A program made the translations under genes and the position numbers. The notes under the pieces are model-generated. The model searched no databases, was not told the DNA's origin, and saw only the letters and a list, made by a program, of their open reading frames with translations. This document shows positions 44,021 to 56,313 of a stretch of DNA of 64,000 nucleotides, piece after piece. The stretch is from assembly GCA_035687145.1 (NCBI GenBank), contig DASRYM010000013.1, positions 11,677 through 75,676 of the forward strand, read 5' to 3'. Position 1 is the first letter of the stretch, and the number at the start of each line of letters is the position of its first letter. Origin of the DNA: Candidatus Zixiibacteriota bacterium. Its GTDB lineage: Bacteria; Chloroflexota; Limnocylindria; QHBO01.

Positions 44021-44488
44021 ATGGAGGGAGAGCGGCGCGATCCGTACCGGATCCTGAACGTCATCCCGGGCGCCGACCCGGACGTCATCAAGGCTGCCTA
44101 CCGGGTGCTCGCCCGCAAGCTGCACCCGGACGCCGGCGCCGCCATGGACGAGGCGACCGCGCGCCGCATGGTGGACCTCAACTGGGCGTACGCCCAGATC
44201 CGCGACGCGGCCGCGCGGCAGCGCTGGGAGACCGAGCGCAAGGCACCCCCGCCGCCGACCGCCGCGGGACCGCGAACGCATGGCGCGGGCTGGACCCCGG
44301 AGGACCCCACCGCGGTGGTGCTGGACTTCGGGCGCTACCGAGGCTGGACCCTGCGCGAGATCGCGCGTCGTGACCTCGAGTACCTGTCCTGGCTGCGGCG
44401 TCACGCGTCCGGCGCACGGTTCCGCGGCGCCATCGACCAGCTGCTCCGCGAGGGGCGGGGACGCTCGGGCGGCACCGCCCGGCGCTGA
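44021..44488 (+). CDS. J-domain (intact HPD) + DUF3820-like C-terminal domain
   Basis: 155 aa with PYRILNVIPGADPDVIKAAYRVLARKLHPD and LDFGRYRGWTLREIARRDLEYLSWLRRHASG. It is a tandem paralog of the previous gene. Confidence 0.7.
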   Translation: MEGERRDPYRILNVIPGADPDVIKAAYRVLARKLHPDAGAAMDEATARRMVDLNWAYAQIRDAAARQRWETERKAPPPPTAAGPRTHGAGWTPEDPTAVVLDFGRYRGWTLREIARRDLEYLSWLRRHASGARFRGAIDQLLREGRGRSGGTARR

Positions 44489-44584
44489 GCGGGTCACTCA
44501 GCCCGTAACTGCGGGCCGGACGGCCCTGCCGCCGGCCCGCGCATCGGTCCTCAATGAGCCAACGCATTGACCCGAGGTGAACCG

Positions 44585-45001
44585 ATGACCGTGCAGCTCG
44601 ATTCGCTGATGGTGGCCGACGTGATGAGCGTCGACCCGATCACCGTCTCCGTGGACCAGACCATCGAGGAGGCGCAGGAGCTCCTGCGCCTGAACCACAT
44701 CACCGGGCTGCCGGTCGTGGATGGCGATGGCCGGCTGGTGGGCGTGCTCAGCCAGTCGGACCTGGTATGGGGGCCGGGCCTGCACGTCGCCACCCTGCTG
44801 CGCCGGAAGCCGAGCGGCCTGCGCGTCGGCGAGCTGATGACCTCCCCGGCGCTGACGGTGCGCATGGACACGCCGATCGTCGAGGCGGCGCGGCGCATGA
44901 TCGCGGCCCGCGTCCACCGGCTGGTGGCCGTGGACCGAGTGGGACGGCCGGTGGGCGTCCTGTCGGCGACTGACTTCGTGGCCCTGGCGGCCGAGGGCTG
45001 A
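44585..45001 (+). CDS. CBS-pair domain protein
   Basis: 138 aa from ATG 44585, with GAGGTGA upstream. There are two CBS motifs (VADVMSVDPITV...HITGLPVVD and VGELMTSPALTV...VHRLVAVD). Confidence 0.8.
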   Translation: MTVQLDSLMVADVMSVDPITVSVDQTIEEAQELLRLNHITGLPVVDGDGRLVGVLSQSDLVWGPGLHVATLLRRKPSGLRVGELMTSPALTVRMDTPIVEAARRMIAARVHRLVAVDRVGRPVGVLSATDFVALAAEG

Positions 45002-45010
45002 TCGCGGGGC

Positions 45011-46480
45011 CTACTCGCTCAGGCGGCGGCGCAGCTCCTCGTTGACCAGCCTGGCATCGGCCCGCCCGGCGGTGCGCTTCATGACCTGTCCGACCAGGAA
45101 GCCGTAGATCTGCTGCTTTCCGGCGCGGTACTCGGCGACCTGGGTCGGGAACTCGTTCAGCACCGCCTCCACCTCGCGACCGATGAGCCCCGGGTCGCTG
45201 ACCTGCAGCAGCCCCCCGGCCTCGATCACCGCCCGCGGCGACTCCCCCGACTCGAAGGTGCGGGCCAGCACCTCCTTGGCGTTCGTGGCCGACACGCGTC
45301 CGGCCTCCACCTCGGCGATGAGCTCGGCCAGGCCCTCCGGCTTCAGCGCCACCCCCGACGCCCGCAGGCCATCGGCCGCGTGCCGGTTCAGCAGGCGGCT
45401 GAACTCGCCGGTCACCCAGTTGGCGGCGACCTTCGGACCGATGCCGGTGGCGACCACGGCGTCGAAGTAGTCGGCCAGCGCGACATCGGCAGTCAGGACC
45501 CTGGCGTCGTACTCCGAGAGGCCGAGCTGGTCGGTGTAGCGGGCGCGGCGCGCGGCGGGCAGCTCCGGCAGCCGCTGCCGCAGGGTTTCCACCCACTCCG
45601 GCGAGGGGCGCAGCGGCGGCAGGTCCGGTTCCGGGAAGTAGCGGTAGTCGTTCGCCTCCTCCTTGGTGCGCTGCGGGACGGTGCGGCCGCTGTTCTCGTC
45701 CCAGCCGCGGGTCTCCTGGACCAGCGGCTCGCCCTTCTCCAGCGCCTCCGTGTGGCGGGCGACCTCGTACTCCATGGCTCGCTCCAGCGAGCGGAAGCTG
45801 TTCAGGTTCTTGACCTCGACCTTGGTGCCGAAGCCGTCCGACCCGGCCGGACGGAGGCTGATGTTGCCCTCGATCCGCATCGAGCCGGTCTCCATGTCGC
45901 CGTCCGAGGCGCCGATGTAGCGCAGGATGTCGCGCAGCGTCTCGCCGTAGGCCCGGGCCTGGGCCGGCGAGCGGATGTCCGGCTCGGTGACGATCTCCAT
46001 CAGCGGCACGCCGGCGCGGTTGAAGTCCACCAGGGTGTGCCCGCGCCCGCCGTGCAGCAGCCGGGCCGTGTCCTCCTCCAGGTGGGCGCGGGTGATGCCG
46101 ACCCGGACATCGGTCCCCTCGGCGGCGACCGGCACGCGCAGGCTGCCGTTGGCGGTCAGGGGCAGCGCGTACTGGCTGATCTGGTAGCCCTTGGGCAGGT
46201 CCGGGTAGAAGTAGTTCTTGCGCTCGAAGCGCACCGCGGCGGTCTGCACCTCGGCCCCCAGCGCCAGGCCGGTCAGGATGACGAGCTCCACCGCGCGGCG
46301 GTTGATGACCGGCAACGTGCCGGGCATGCCCAGGCAGACGGGGCAGACCCGGGTGTTGGGCAGGTCCGGCTCTCCCGGCGGCGGCGCCGTGGGACAGGCG
46401 CAGAACATCTTCGACGCGGTCTTCAGCTGGGCGTGGACCTCGATGCCGATCACCGTCTCGTAGCGCGTCTCGACCGCCAT
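45011..46480 (-). CDS. gatB: Asp/Glu-tRNA(Asn/Gln) amidotransferase subunit B
   Basis: 489 aa from ATG 46480 with [21 protein letters not shown] and a GatB/YqeY C-terminal domain. TAGAAT lies 7 nt upstream of the ATG. Confidence 0.95.
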   Translation of the reverse strand: MAVETRYETVIGIEVHAQLKTASKMFCACPTAPPPGEPDLPNTRVCPVCLGMPGTLPVINRRAVELVILTGLALGAEVQTAAVRFERKNYFYPDLPKGYQISQYALPLTANGSLRVPVAAEGTDVRVGITRAHLEEDTARLLHGGRGHTLVDFNRAGVPLMEIVTEPDIRSPAQARAYGETLRDILRYIGASDGDMETGSMRIEGNISLRPAGSDGFGTKVEVKNLNSFRSLERAMEYEVARHTEALEKGEPLVQETRGWDENSGRTVPQRTKEEANDYRYFPEPDLPPLRPSPEWVETLRQRLPELPAARRARYTDQLGLSEYDARVLTADVALADYFDAVVATGIGPKVAANWVTGEFSRLLNRHAADGLRASGVALKPEGLAELIAEVEAGRVSATNAKEVLARTFESGESPRAVIEAGGLLQVSDPGLIGREVEAVLNEFPTQVAEYRAGKQQIYGFLVGQVMKRTAGRADARLVNEELRRRLSE

Positions 46481-46487
46481 GCGCCCG

Positions 46488-46493
46488 ATTCTA
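46488..46493 (-). promoter_or_regulatory. -10 box TAGAAT for leaderless gatB
   Basis: The minus strand reads TAGAAT-CGGGCGC-ATG. Confidence 0.4.
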
Positions 46494-46535
46494 GGAGGTC
46501 GCCGCCGAACCGGCCGCCTGCTACTCTCCGCGGCA

Positions 46536-46955
46536 GTGAAGATCGGCGAGTGGGAGAACCTGGGGCCGGCGCGCGGCCTCGTCCAGCGCCAGCTGGGCGA
46601 GCTGGGCGCGGACGAGTACGCCGCGCACGTCACCCTCAACCCGGAGAACGGGCGGCTGCGGATCCTGGTGGCCACCGACATCGGCCTCCTGGACTACGGC
46701 TACGCCCCGGCCGGGGCCGACCCGGAGGGCGCCTGGATGCTGCGCGGCCAGCTGCACCGATGGCCCAGCGTACGCGGTCTGCGCCTGCAGACGGATGCCC
46801 AGATCAACGAGGACTCCGGCGAGGTGCGCTCCATCTGGCGCCTGGTGGCCGAGGATCCCAAGATCGAGCTCGTCGCCGACTCGACCGGTGACGTGGAGCG
46901 CTCGCCGGCCGCCATGCTCCCGTTCGCGCGGGCCTGCATCGCGCACGCCGGCTGA
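46536..46955 (+). CDS. Hypothetical protein
   Basis: 139 aa from GTG 46536, with TACTCT 8 nt upstream. Third codon positions are GC-rich. No family was recognised. Confidence 0.45.
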   Translation: MKIGEWENLGPARGLVQRQLGELGADEYAAHVTLNPENGRLRILVATDIGLLDYGYAPAGADPEGAWMLRGQLHRWPSVRGLRLQTDAQINEDSGEVRSIWRLVAEDPKIELVADSTGDVERSPAAMLPFARACIAHAG

Positions 46956-46977
46956 CCCGCCGGCCACCCGTTCGTCG

Positions 46978-48207
46978 TCAGCTGCGGCGCCGTTCGACGA
47001 ACCGCTCGATGCGGTCCATGGCCTCCTCGATCTGCTCGTAGGCGGTGGCGTAGCACATCCGCACGTAGCCGGCCCCCGACGGCCCGAAGGCCCGGCCGGG
47101 AACCACGGCCACGTGCTCTTCGGCCAGCAGCCGGTGGGCGAACTCCTCGTCGTCCAGGCCGGTGGCGCGGCTCACGTTCGGGAAGCAGTAGAAGGCGCCC
47201 TTCGGCTCGAAGCAGTCCAGGCCGATCTCGTTCAGGCGCCGCGTCATCAGCTGCCGGCGGCGGTCGTACTCGGCCCGCATCTCCTCCACGAACGGCTCGC
47301 CGTGCTCCAGGGCCTCGATGGCGGCGTGCTGCGCGGGCGTGGGCGCGCACATGATCCCGTACTGGTGGACCTTGGCGATCCCCGCCAGCAGCGGCGCGGG
47401 CGCCGCCACGTAGCCGATCCGCCAGCCGGTCATGGCGTAGCTCTTCGAGAAGCCGCCGATGTGCACCGTGCGCTCCCACATCCCCGGGAGCGACGCGATC
47501 GCCACGTGACGGTGGTCGGCATAGACCAGGCGCTCGTAGATCTCGTCGGTGATGGCCAGCAGGTCGTGGCGCGTCACGACGTCGGCGATGGCCTCCAGCT
47601 CCCCGGGGCTCAGGACGGCGCCGGTCGGGTTGTTCGGGTAGGCCAGGAAGACGGCCCTGGTGCGCGGGGTGATGGCGGCCTCGACCTGCTCGGCGGTGAC
47701 GCGGAAGTCGGTGGCGTCGGTGGTCGAGAGCGCCACCGGCACGCCGCCGGCCAGCTCGATGCACGGGGCGTAGGCCACGAACGCGGGTTCGTGGTAGATC
47801 ACCTCGTCGCCCGGGTCGCAGACGGCGCGCAGGGTCGCGTCCAGGGCCTCCGAGGCTCCGACCGTGACCACCAGCTCGCTGCGGGGGTCGTAGGTCATGC
47901 CGTGGCGACGCTCGAGGTCGGCCGCGATCAGGCGGCGCAGCTCGATCATGCCGCCGTTGGCGGTGTAGTGCGTCTCCCCCGCCTCCAGGCTGCGGATCGC
48001 GGCGCGGGTCAGCGGCTCCGGGGTGGTGAAGTCCGGCTCGCCGATGGTGAGGCTGATCACCTCCTTCATCTCGGCGAGCATGTCGAAGAAGCGGCGGATG
48101 CCCGACGGGGGCATGCTCCGCACCTTCGCCGACAGGAAGCGGTCCGGTGAGGCGGCCTCGGCTGCCTCGGCCTGCGGGCGTGGTCCGGCGACCGGCTCAC
48201 TGCTCAT
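46978..48207 (-). CDS. Pyridoxal-phosphate-dependent aminotransferase, class I (AspC-like)
   Basis: 409 aa from ATG 48207 with GIRRFFDM...ISLTIGEPDFTTP and SFSKSYAMTGWRIGY (PLP lysine region). Confidence 0.9.
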   Translation of the reverse strand: MSSEPVAGPRPQAEAAEAASPDRFLSAKVRSMPPSGIRRFFDMLAEMKEVISLTIGEPDFTTPEPLTRAAIRSLEAGETHYTANGGMIELRRLIAADLERRHGMTYDPRSELVVTVGASEALDATLRAVCDPGDEVIYHEPAFVAYAPCIELAGGVPVALSTTDATDFRVTAEQVEAAITPRTRAVFLAYPNNPTGAVLSPGELEAIADVVTRHDLLAITDEIYERLVYADHRHVAIASLPGMWERTVHIGGFSKSYAMTGWRIGYVAAPAPLLAGIAKVHQYGIMCAPTPAQHAAIEALEHGEPFVEEMRAEYDRRRQLMTRRLNEIGLDCFEPKGAFYCFPNVSRATGLDDEEFAHRLLAEEHVAVVPGRAFGPSGAGYVRMCYATAYEQIEEAMDRIERFVERRRS

Positions 48208-49030
48208 GGTCGCCAGTGTAGATGAGCTCGCCCGCACGGATGGCCAGGGCCAGCCGGTTCTGCGGCGGCGGCAGCGGGCAGGTGGCGTAGGGCGTGAAGA
48301 CGCAGGGCGGGTTGTAGGCCAGGTTGAAGTCGACCACCACGGTGCCGTCCTCGGCCGGCGGCTCGGTGTACAGGAATCGGCCGCCGCCATAGGTCTCCCG
48401 GCCGTTGGTGGCATCGCCGAAGATGAGCCACAGCTCCCCGTTCTCGCCGCCGGGCAGGGCGTCCAGCCGCCACTCGCGCCCCTCCCGCTCGAAGACGACG
48501 GTCCCCGGCATCGGGTGGTGCTCCACGAGGCCGATGACGTCCACCACCTCCAGCGTCGCTCCCCGCGGCGCAGGCTCGAAGTGGGCGACGACGCGCCACG
48601 AGGCGTCGCACGGGAAGTGACGCATGCCGGGGAAGCGGCGCAGGGCCGGGGCGTCGTGATCGCGGACGCGGAGCCCGAGGCGGCCCCCGCGACGGATCAG
48701 GTACATGCGCAGCGACCCCAGGTCGATGACGGTCGGCTCCCCGGTCGTGTCGTCGGCGAGCGGCGCGTCCAGCGCCGGGGTGCCATCGGGCCGGAGCAGC
48801 ACCGCGGCATCCCCCTCGAGCCGGATCGTTCCGCCGTGCGCGGGGACGTCCCGTCCGCGCAGCACGATCTCGTTGGACGCATCGGTCCCGAAGCGGTTGT
48901 CACCGGGGACCAGCCAGTGCAGGCCGACCAGCGTCAGCCAGCCGTCCGGGTCGCGCAGGCGGGCATCGCGGGCAGCCCGCCAGGTCTCGACTTCCGCGCG
49001 GTGCTCGTTCTCGTCCGGGTGCCGCGTCAT
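48197..49030 (-). CDS. DUF1684 domain protein
   Basis: 277 aa with WRAARDARLRDPDGWLTLVGLHWL and AYNPPCVFTPYATCPLPP. It overlaps the neighbouring genes by 11 nt and 4 nt. Confidence 0.8.
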   Translation of the reverse strand: MTRHPDENEHRAEVETWRAARDARLRDPDGWLTLVGLHWLVPGDNRFGTDASNEIVLRGRDVPAHGGTIRLEGDAAVLLRPDGTPALDAPLADDTTGEPTVIDLGSLRMYLIRRGGRLGLRVRDHDAPALRRFPGMRHFPCDASWRVVAHFEPAPRGATLEVVDVIGLVEHHPMPGTVVFEREGREWRLDALPGGENGELWLIFGDATNGRETYGGGRFLYTEPPAEDGTVVVDFNLAYNPPCVFTPYATCPLPPPQNRLALAIRAGELIYTGDHEQ

Positions 49031-49608
49031 CGGGCCGGGAGGAAGAGCAGGTAGGGTGCCGTCCCGGAACCCAGTCGGACCCAGGTGGCGGGGCCACCGG
49101 TGACCGGGTTGCGCCGCACGGCTCGGCCGGACGCCGTGGTCCCATCCAGTGCCACGGCCACCGGGCCCTCGCCGAAGCGGGCCAAACAGGCGGCCAGGTA
49201 GCCCTCCGTGCTGGGCTCGGCGAGCACCAGCTCGCTGCGGCCCAGGGTGGCGCGGCGGCAGCGGGCGCCGAGGACCTCGTCCTCGCCGGCGTCGTGCCAG
49301 CGCCCGGTCAGGAGCGGCACCAGGTCGCTGGCGGCGCGCTCCGCGTCCACGGTGGCCAGCACCAGGCCGCGCGGGGCCTCCGTCCAGTCGTCGATCGGTC
49401 GCGGGAAGAGCGCGGCGCGCGCCGGGTCCTCAGGCACGTCCAGCCCCAGGACCGAAGCGCCGCGGACCCCCCACCACAGCAGCCGTGGCTCGTCGCCGGG
49501 CTCGGCGTAGAGCCACTGCGGGAAGGCCTGCGCCCCGCCCTCGCGCAGGATCCGGTTGAGCGTCCCCTGCTCGGGCACGGCCAGGCGGACGTGGCTGATC
49601 TCGGCCAT
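49027..49608 (-). CDS. Glyoxalase-like (VOC-like) domain protein, hypothetical
   Basis: 193 aa from ATG 49608, with TACACT 7 nt upstream. It has ATVDAERAASDL...LVLAEPSTEGYLAACLARFGEGPVA. Confidence 0.55.
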   Translation of the reverse strand: MAEISHVRLAVPEQGTLNRILREGGAQAFPQWLYAEPGDEPRLLWWGVRGASVLGLDVPEDPARAALFPRPIDDWTEAPRGLVLATVDAERAASDLVPLLTGRWHDAGEDEVLGARCRRATLGRSELVLAEPSTEGYLAACLARFGEGPVAVALDGTTASGRAVRRNPVTGGPATWVRLGSGTAPYLLFLPAR

Positions 49609-49700
49609 CGACGCCAGTGTACGGCGCCCTCTGGGCGGCACAGCCCGGCCGATCCATCGGACGGATCACCCGGGAAGGCCTGCTCCCGGGGCGCACCGCC

Positions 49701-50144
49701 TCAGGCGCGAGCCGCCGAGGTGCTGCTCTCGCCGCTCAGGACGGCCGCGGCAGCGGCGCAGCAGGCGGCGGTCTCGCCGGCCATCGGCAGCGGCGTCAGG
49801 CTGAGGTGGCGTTCCAGGGCCTCCAGCCGCCCGTCCAGCTCCTGAAGGCCGCGGATCCGCTCGCGCAGCTCCGCGCGCTTGGCGGCGATCACCTGCGGGA
49901 GCTCGGCCGTGGTCTCCGCGCAGTGGCCGGACTGGCACCAACCCGCCAGCCGCGCCGCCTCGTCCAGCGGCAGGTCCAGGCGCCGCAGGTCGAGCAGCAG
50001 CCGCAATCGCTCGATCTCGGCCGGGGTGTACTCCCGGTAGCCGTTCACCTCGCGGGTCGGCGGCGGCAGCAGGCCGCTGCGCTCGTAGAAGCGGATGGTG
50101 TCGGCTGATACGCCCAGTTGGTTGGCGACTTCACCGATGCGCAT
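49701..50144 (-). CDS. MerR-family transcriptional regulator with Cys-rich C-terminal part
   Basis: 147 aa from ATG 50144 with MRIGEVANQLGVSADTIRFYERSGLL. Cysteines occur at GWCQSGHC and ETAACCAAA. Confidence 0.85.
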   Translation of the reverse strand: MRIGEVANQLGVSADTIRFYERSGLLPPPTREVNGYREYTPAEIERLRLLLDLRRLDLPLDEAARLAGWCQSGHCAETTAELPQVIAAKRAELRERIRGLQELDGRLEALERHLSLTPLPMAGETAACCAAAAAVLSGESSTSAARA

Positions 50145-50150
50145 GGCCGG

Positions 50151-50179
50151 AGCGTCCCCTCCGGCCGAGCGGCTGTCAA
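50151..50179 (-). promoter_or_regulatory. Candidate merR promoter TTGACA-17 nt-GACGCT, ATG 6 nt downstream
   Basis: The minus strand reads TTGACAGCCGCTCGGCCGGAGGGGACGCTCCGGCC-ATG. The -35 overlaps the stop of the upstream VOC gene. Confidence 0.4.
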
Positions 50180-50562
50180 GCACCAACGTTCTCGGTCAGC
50201 TCCAGGATGTTGCCCTCGCTGTCCGTGAACCACGCGACGCGGTGGTTGCCGATGGTCATCATCCCGTCGACGGTCTTCAGCTCGCCCCAGTCGTACTCCT
50301 CGAAGACCACGCCACGCGACCGGAGCTCGGCCATCACCGCGGGCAGGTCCTTCACCTCCCAGCCGCCGACGGTGTTCCGAGCCGTGCCGGCGGCATCGGT
50401 CTGGTAGAGGAGGAACCAGGTGTCGCCGGTGCGGTACCACAGCGATATCCCGCCCATCTCCTCGTGCTCCGGCTCCAGGCCCAGCTTCTCCGCGTACCAG
50501 GCTCTCGCGCGACCGATGTCCGACGCCGCGATCCGCGCGGCCATGGGAACGTTGCGCAACAT
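50176..50562 (-). CDS. VOC-family (glyoxalase-fold) protein
   Basis: 128 aa with AAGGAGAG upstream. It has RARAWYAEKLGLEP and AWFTDSEGNILEL. Confidence 0.8.
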   Translation of the reverse strand: MLRNVPMAARIAASDIGRARAWYAEKLGLEPEHEEMGGISLWYRTGDTWFLLYQTDAAGTARNTVGGWEVKDLPAVMAELRSRGVVFEEYDWGELKTVDGMMTIGNHRVAWFTDSEGNILELTENVGA

Positions 50563-50762
50563 CCGCGTGTCTCTCCTTTCGCGCCGTGAACGGTACGGCC
50601 TGGAGCCGCTCCAATGTCAAGGGGGTGGAGGGCTGCGTGCTGCACGGGCGCACGGGCGTACCGGTCCGGCTGACAGCGAGGGCGACCCACCATCGGGCCC
50701 AGCGGGCATCCTGTGCCGCACGGATGCACGCGCGCGCCGCAGACGCGCACCGCACCGCACGC

Positions 50763-52283
50763 TCAGTCGTGGGCGGTCGGTGGACGCAGGGCGGAGAAGC
50801 CGGCCGCGCGCTCGTAGGCGTCTGCCACCCGCAGGACGGTCGCCTCGTCGAAGGCTCGGCCGATCACCTGCAGCCCCACCGGCAGCCCCTCGGAGAGGCC
50901 ACAGGGCACCGAGATCCCGGGCAGCCCGGCGATGTTCACCGGCAGCGTGCAGGCGTCGTTGAGGTACATCAGCAGCGGGTCGTCGACCTTGGCGCCGATC
51001 TTGAAGGCGACGCTCGGCGAGGTCGGGGCCAGCAGGGCGTCGACGTCGGCCAGGACGCGGTCGAACTCGGCCTTGATCAAGGTGCGCACCTGCTGGGCCT
51101 TCACGTAGTAGGCGTCGTAGTAGCCGGCCGACAGGGCGTAGGTCCCGAGCATGATCCGGCGCTTGACCTCCGGCCCGAAGCCGGAGCCGCGGGTGCGCAG
51201 GTAGTTGGCCAGCAGGTCATCCTCGCCGGCCGAGAAGCCGTACTTGATCCCGTCGTAGCGCGCCAGGTTGGCCGATGCCTCCGCCGGGGCGATGATGTAG
51301 TACGTCGCCAGTCCGGCATCGGTGGACGGCAGGCTGACGTCCACCAGCTCGGCGCCCAGGTCACGCAGGACGTCGAACGCGGCGCGCACCGCGGCCTCCA
51401 CGCCGGGCTCCATGCCGGCCACGAAGAACTCGCTCGGGACGCCCAGGCGCAGGCCGCGCACGTCGCCGGTCAGGGCGGCGAGGTAGTCGGGCACGGGGAC
51501 GTCCACCGAGGTCGAGTCGCGCGGGTCGTGGCCGGCCAGGGCGGCCAGCACCAGGGCCACGTCCCGCACCGAGCGGGCGAAGGGGCCGCACTGGTCGAGC
51601 GACGAGGCGAAGGCCACCATCCCGTAGCGGCTGACCCTGCCGTAGGTGGGCTTCATCCCCACGATCCCGGAGAGCGAGGCGGGCTGGCGAATGGAGCCGC
51701 CGGTATCGGTCCCGAGGGCGAAGAAGGCCTGGCCGGCCGCCACCGCCGCCGCCGAGCCGCCTGACGAGCCGCCGGGGACGGTGGTCTCGTCCCACGGGTT
51801 GCGCACCGGGCCGAAGGCCGAGTTCTCGTTCGACGAGCCCATGGCGAACTCGTCGCAGTTGGTCTTGCCCAGCAGGACGGCGCCGGCCAGCGCCAGGCGC
51901 TCCTCGGCATCCGAGGCGTAGGGCGAGAGGTACCCCTCCAGGATCTTCGAGCCGGCCGTGGTCGGCAGGCCGCCGCTCGGGCGTCCGGAGTCGTCCAGGG
52001 CGCGGGTCACGAAGATGTCCTTCAGCGCGTACGGGATGCCGAGCAGCGGACGGACCGATCCCTCCCCGGCCGCGAGGGCCGCGTCCGCCTCGTCGGCGGC
52101 CGCCAGCGCCCGCTCGGCCTGCACCGCCAGGAAGGTGTTCAGCCGCGCCCCGTCGCGCTCGATGCGGGCCAGGCAGGCCTCGGTCAGCTCCCGCGAGGTC
52201 AGCTCGCGGCGGCGCAGCGCATCGGCCACCTCGCCGATCGTCCGGTCGGCGAGGGGCAGGGTGGGAGCCGCGGTATCGGTCAT
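50763..52283 (-). CDS. gatA: Glu-tRNA(Gln) amidotransferase subunit A
   Basis: 506 aa with the amidase signature [14 protein letters not shown] and [11 protein letters not shown]. Confidence 0.95.
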   Translation of the reverse strand: MTDTAAPTLPLADRTIGEVADALRRRELTSRELTEACLARIERDGARLNTFLAVQAERALAAADEADAALAAGEGSVRPLLGIPYALKDIFVTRALDDSGRPSGGLPTTAGSKILEGYLSPYASDAEERLALAGAVLLGKTNCDEFAMGSSNENSAFGPVRNPWDETTVPGGSSGGSAAAVAAGQAFFALGTDTGGSIRQPASLSGIVGMKPTYGRVSRYGMVAFASSLDQCGPFARSVRDVALVLAALAGHDPRDSTSVDVPVPDYLAALTGDVRGLRLGVPSEFFVAGMEPGVEAAVRAAFDVLRDLGAELVDVSLPSTDAGLATYYIIAPAEASANLARYDGIKYGFSAGEDDLLANYLRTRGSGFGPEVKRRIMLGTYALSAGYYDAYYVKAQQVRTLIKAEFDRVLADVDALLAPTSPSVAFKIGAKVDDPLLMYLNDACTLPVNIAGLPGISVPCGLSEGLPVGLQVIGRAFDEATVLRVADAYERAAGFSALRPPTAHD

Positions 52284-52287
52284 GGCC

Positions 52288-52581
52288 TCAGCGGCCCTCC
52301 TCGAGGACCAGCGGCACGCGCAGGTGGTGGCCCTCCCGCATCGGCGCGTTGGCCAGGGTCACCTCGCGGTCCATCCCCGGACGGGCGACGTCGTCGCGCA
52401 TGACGTTCTCCAGCGCGATGACCTGGGCGGTGGGATCCACCGCGCTGGTGTCCACCGACTGCAGGGTGTTGATCGCCTCAAGGATGCGGTTCAGCTGCCC
52501 CTGCATACGGTCGATCTCCTCGTCGGTCAGGCCGAGCCGGGCAAGGGCGGCGACGTGCTCCACGTCTTCGCGGCTGATCAT
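52288..52581 (-). CDS. gatC: Asp/Glu-tRNA amidotransferase subunit C
   Basis: 97 aa with [22 protein letters not shown]. It ends 4 nt before gatA. TAGCAT lies 6 nt upstream of the ATG. Confidence 0.9.
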   Translation of the reverse strand: MISREDVEHVAALARLGLTDEEIDRMQGQLNRILEAINTLQSVDTSAVDPTAQVIALENVMRDDVARPGMDREVTLANAPMREGHHLRVPLVLEEGR

Positions 52582-52587
52582 GGACCG

Positions 52588-52593
52588 ATGCTA
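52588..52593 (-). promoter_or_regulatory. -10 box TAGCAT for leaderless gatCA
   Basis: The minus strand reads TAGCAT-CGGTCC-ATG. Confidence 0.4.
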
Positions 52594-52620
52594 CCCGCTT
52601 GTCTGGCACCATGCGCATCC

Positions 52621-53520
52621 ATGGCGGTCGAACGGACTCCCATCTCGGGTGGGGTGATCGAGTCGTACCTGATCCCCGGCGGGCCCGGCGTCCCGCTGTT
52701 GGTGCTGGGCGGCGTGGAGAGCGGCCTGCGGCCGCTGGCCGGCACCGAGCAGGTGCTGCGTCGGCGGTGGGACGGGCGCGCGCGTCGGCGGTCGGTGCTG
52801 GTGGTGGGCCGTCCCATGCCGGACGATCCAGCCGACGCGGACCTCGTCATGCACCCGCGCCTCATCGCCGATGCCGTGGCCACCGCCATCCGCGACGTGG
52901 AGGCCCGCGGCGGGCCGCGGCCGCCCTTCGCGGTCGAGGCTGAGTCGGGCGGGGGTCGCATCTCGCTGTGGCTGGCGGTCGACCATCCGCAGCTGGTGTC
53001 GCGGCTGGTGCTGGCGTCGGTGGCCGCCGAGACGCCGCCCGACTCGCCGATGGCCCCTCGCATGCGCCAGTGGATCGAGCTCGCCGAGCAGGACCGATGG
53101 GCGGAGTTCTTCGGACGCCTGGCGGGTCAGATGCGTCCCGCGCAGGGATCGGCCGGGGCAGACGCGTTCCAGGCCGCGGCGCGGCTGCAGCCGCGACCGA
53201 CCACCCCGGAGCGCTTCCTCGGGGAGCTGCGCACCACCCTGGATCCCTCCTCCTTCGTCACCTCGCGCCTCGGGGAGATCACGGTCCCGGCGCTGGTCCT
53301 GGCCGGCGGGCGCGACCAGGTGGTGCCGGAGGCATCGGTCCGTCTGGTGGCCGAGCGGCTGCCGAACGCGCGCCTGGAGGTGGACCCCGACTGCGGGCAC
53401 ACCGTGCGCGGCGACTTCCGCGGCTACGACGAGCTGGTGGAGGCGTTCCTGGCCGAGGGCGACGCGACGCGCGGCTCAGACGGTCCCGCGCCGGAGCCGG
53501 AGGGCGGGCGGGCGCGCTGA
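52621..53520 (+). CDS. Alpha/beta hydrolase-fold protein
   Basis: 299 aa from ATG 52621 within ORF 51958..53520 with PLLVLGG, an elbow-like ESGGG, and LVLAGGRDQVVP...DCGH. Confidence 0.7.
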   Translation: MAVERTPISGGVIESYLIPGGPGVPLLVLGGVESGLRPLAGTEQVLRRRWDGRARRRSVLVVGRPMPDDPADADLVMHPRLIADAVATAIRDVEARGGPRPPFAVEAESGGGRISLWLAVDHPQLVSRLVLASVAAETPPDSPMAPRMRQWIELAEQDRWAEFFGRLAGQMRPAQGSAGADAFQAAARLQPRPTTPERFLGELRTTLDPSSFVTSRLGEITVPALVLAGGRDQVVPEASVRLVAERLPNARLEVDPDCGHTVRGDFRGYDELVEAFLAEGDATRGSDGPAPEPEGGRAR

Positions 53521-53755
53521 CTGGTCCTCGCCCAGCCTCGCGAAGGCGAAGCCATCGCCCGAAGCAGCGCTCGCGCCAGCTCCTCGGTGTGCGCCGCCGG
53601 GTGGCGGGCCAGCCCGCCACCCACGCTGATGCGGCGCACGCCCAGCCGGGCATCTCGTCCGCCGGGACCACCTCGCCGTCCGGGTAGCCGAGGGCCTCCG
53701 TCCCGCCGCTGGAGGTGGTGATGCCGCAGCCGTGCGGCCTTCTCGGCCAGGGCGC

Positions 53756-56309
<2,554 letters not shown>

Positions 56310-56313
<4 letters not shown>

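Noticed and set aside
53521-53755. 235-nt gap between the hydrolase and ligA, with ORF 53424..53759
   Set aside because: The ORF has Arg/Gly/Pro-rich composition and no start context. I saw no repeat or structured element there, so I left it unannotated.
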